A stretch of DNA of 6,263 nt. Origin: Octopus sinensis. Lineage: Eukaryota. The stretch's first letter is position 1, and each line of letters begins with the position of its first letter. The stretch spans positions 1 through 6,263 of the forward strand of contig NW_021829403.1 of assembly GCF_006345805.1 (NCBI RefSeq). Direction: 5' to 3'. The position numbers and the translations under genes were made by a program. The notes below the pieces were generated by a model. That model saw only the letters and a list, made by a program, of their open reading frames with translations. It did not search any database and was not told the origin of the DNA. This document shows, one piece after another, positions 6,089 through 6,263 of this stretch.

Positions 6089-6263
6089 TCCAACGCATTC
6101 GCGCCAAACTTATCGGCAGCAAATATAAACTGCCGATTCAATCTCAGAATTAGTCAGAAAATTATCAATTAATCATTTAGGGTAGCAAAAAATTCAGTAA
6201 AAATTCTGAGATTGAATCGGCAGTTATATTTGCTGCCGATAAGTTTGGCGCGAATGCGTTGGA
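6089..6263. repeat. Near-perfect long inverted repeat (63/62-bp arms, 50-bp spacer), open at the window end
   Basis: 6089-6151 is the reverse complement of 6202-6263 apart from one base in an A/T run (TAAACT vs TAACT). Confidence 0.97.

Larger units (their letters stand above)
5695..6263 (-). mobile_element. Hammerhead-bearing ~475-bp unit in partial tandem plus inverted arrangement (PLE pseudo-LTR-like or retrozyme-like)
   Basis: 5695-5731 recurs at 6170-6205 (period 475 bp). 6089-6151 recurs inverted at 6202-6263. Contains the hammerhead motif at 5915-6015 and several hairpins. No ORF found. Confidence 0.7.

Noticed and set aside
6055-6169. Minus-strand peptide IDNFLTNSEIESAVIFAADKFGANALDLKILRQIFPRH as a PLE ORF end
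   Set aside because: It requires correcting a one-base indel, has an upstream in-frame stop, and shows no recognisable RT or GIY-YIG motif.

Overview
Eukaryotic, repeat-dominated non-coding DNA. The SINE, RTE and microsatellite make-up resembles octopus or another coleoid cephalopod (inference). No intact host gene is supported. Left to right: (1) a Penelope-like (PLE) reverse-transcriptase fragment on the minus strand, running off the left edge and missing from the supplied ORF track; (2) an old, internally deleted DD37D/maT-type Tc1/mariner transposon; (3) a 5'-truncated RTE-clade LINE with a PHD-type C4HC3 zinc finger inside its RT, an 11-unit ~60-bp two-variant tandem array in its 3' UTR and an (ATG)n tail; (4) two tRNA-derived SINEs with different 3' ends; (5) two short elements with inverted repeats; (6) a ~475-bp structured unit carrying a complete type I hammerhead ribozyme motif on the minus strand (5915-6015), in partial-tandem plus inverted arrangement like a PLE pseudo-LTR or retrozyme. 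Nearly every element abuts a (TA)n-type microsatellite. All calls come from manual reading of the sequence; no searches or folding programs were run.
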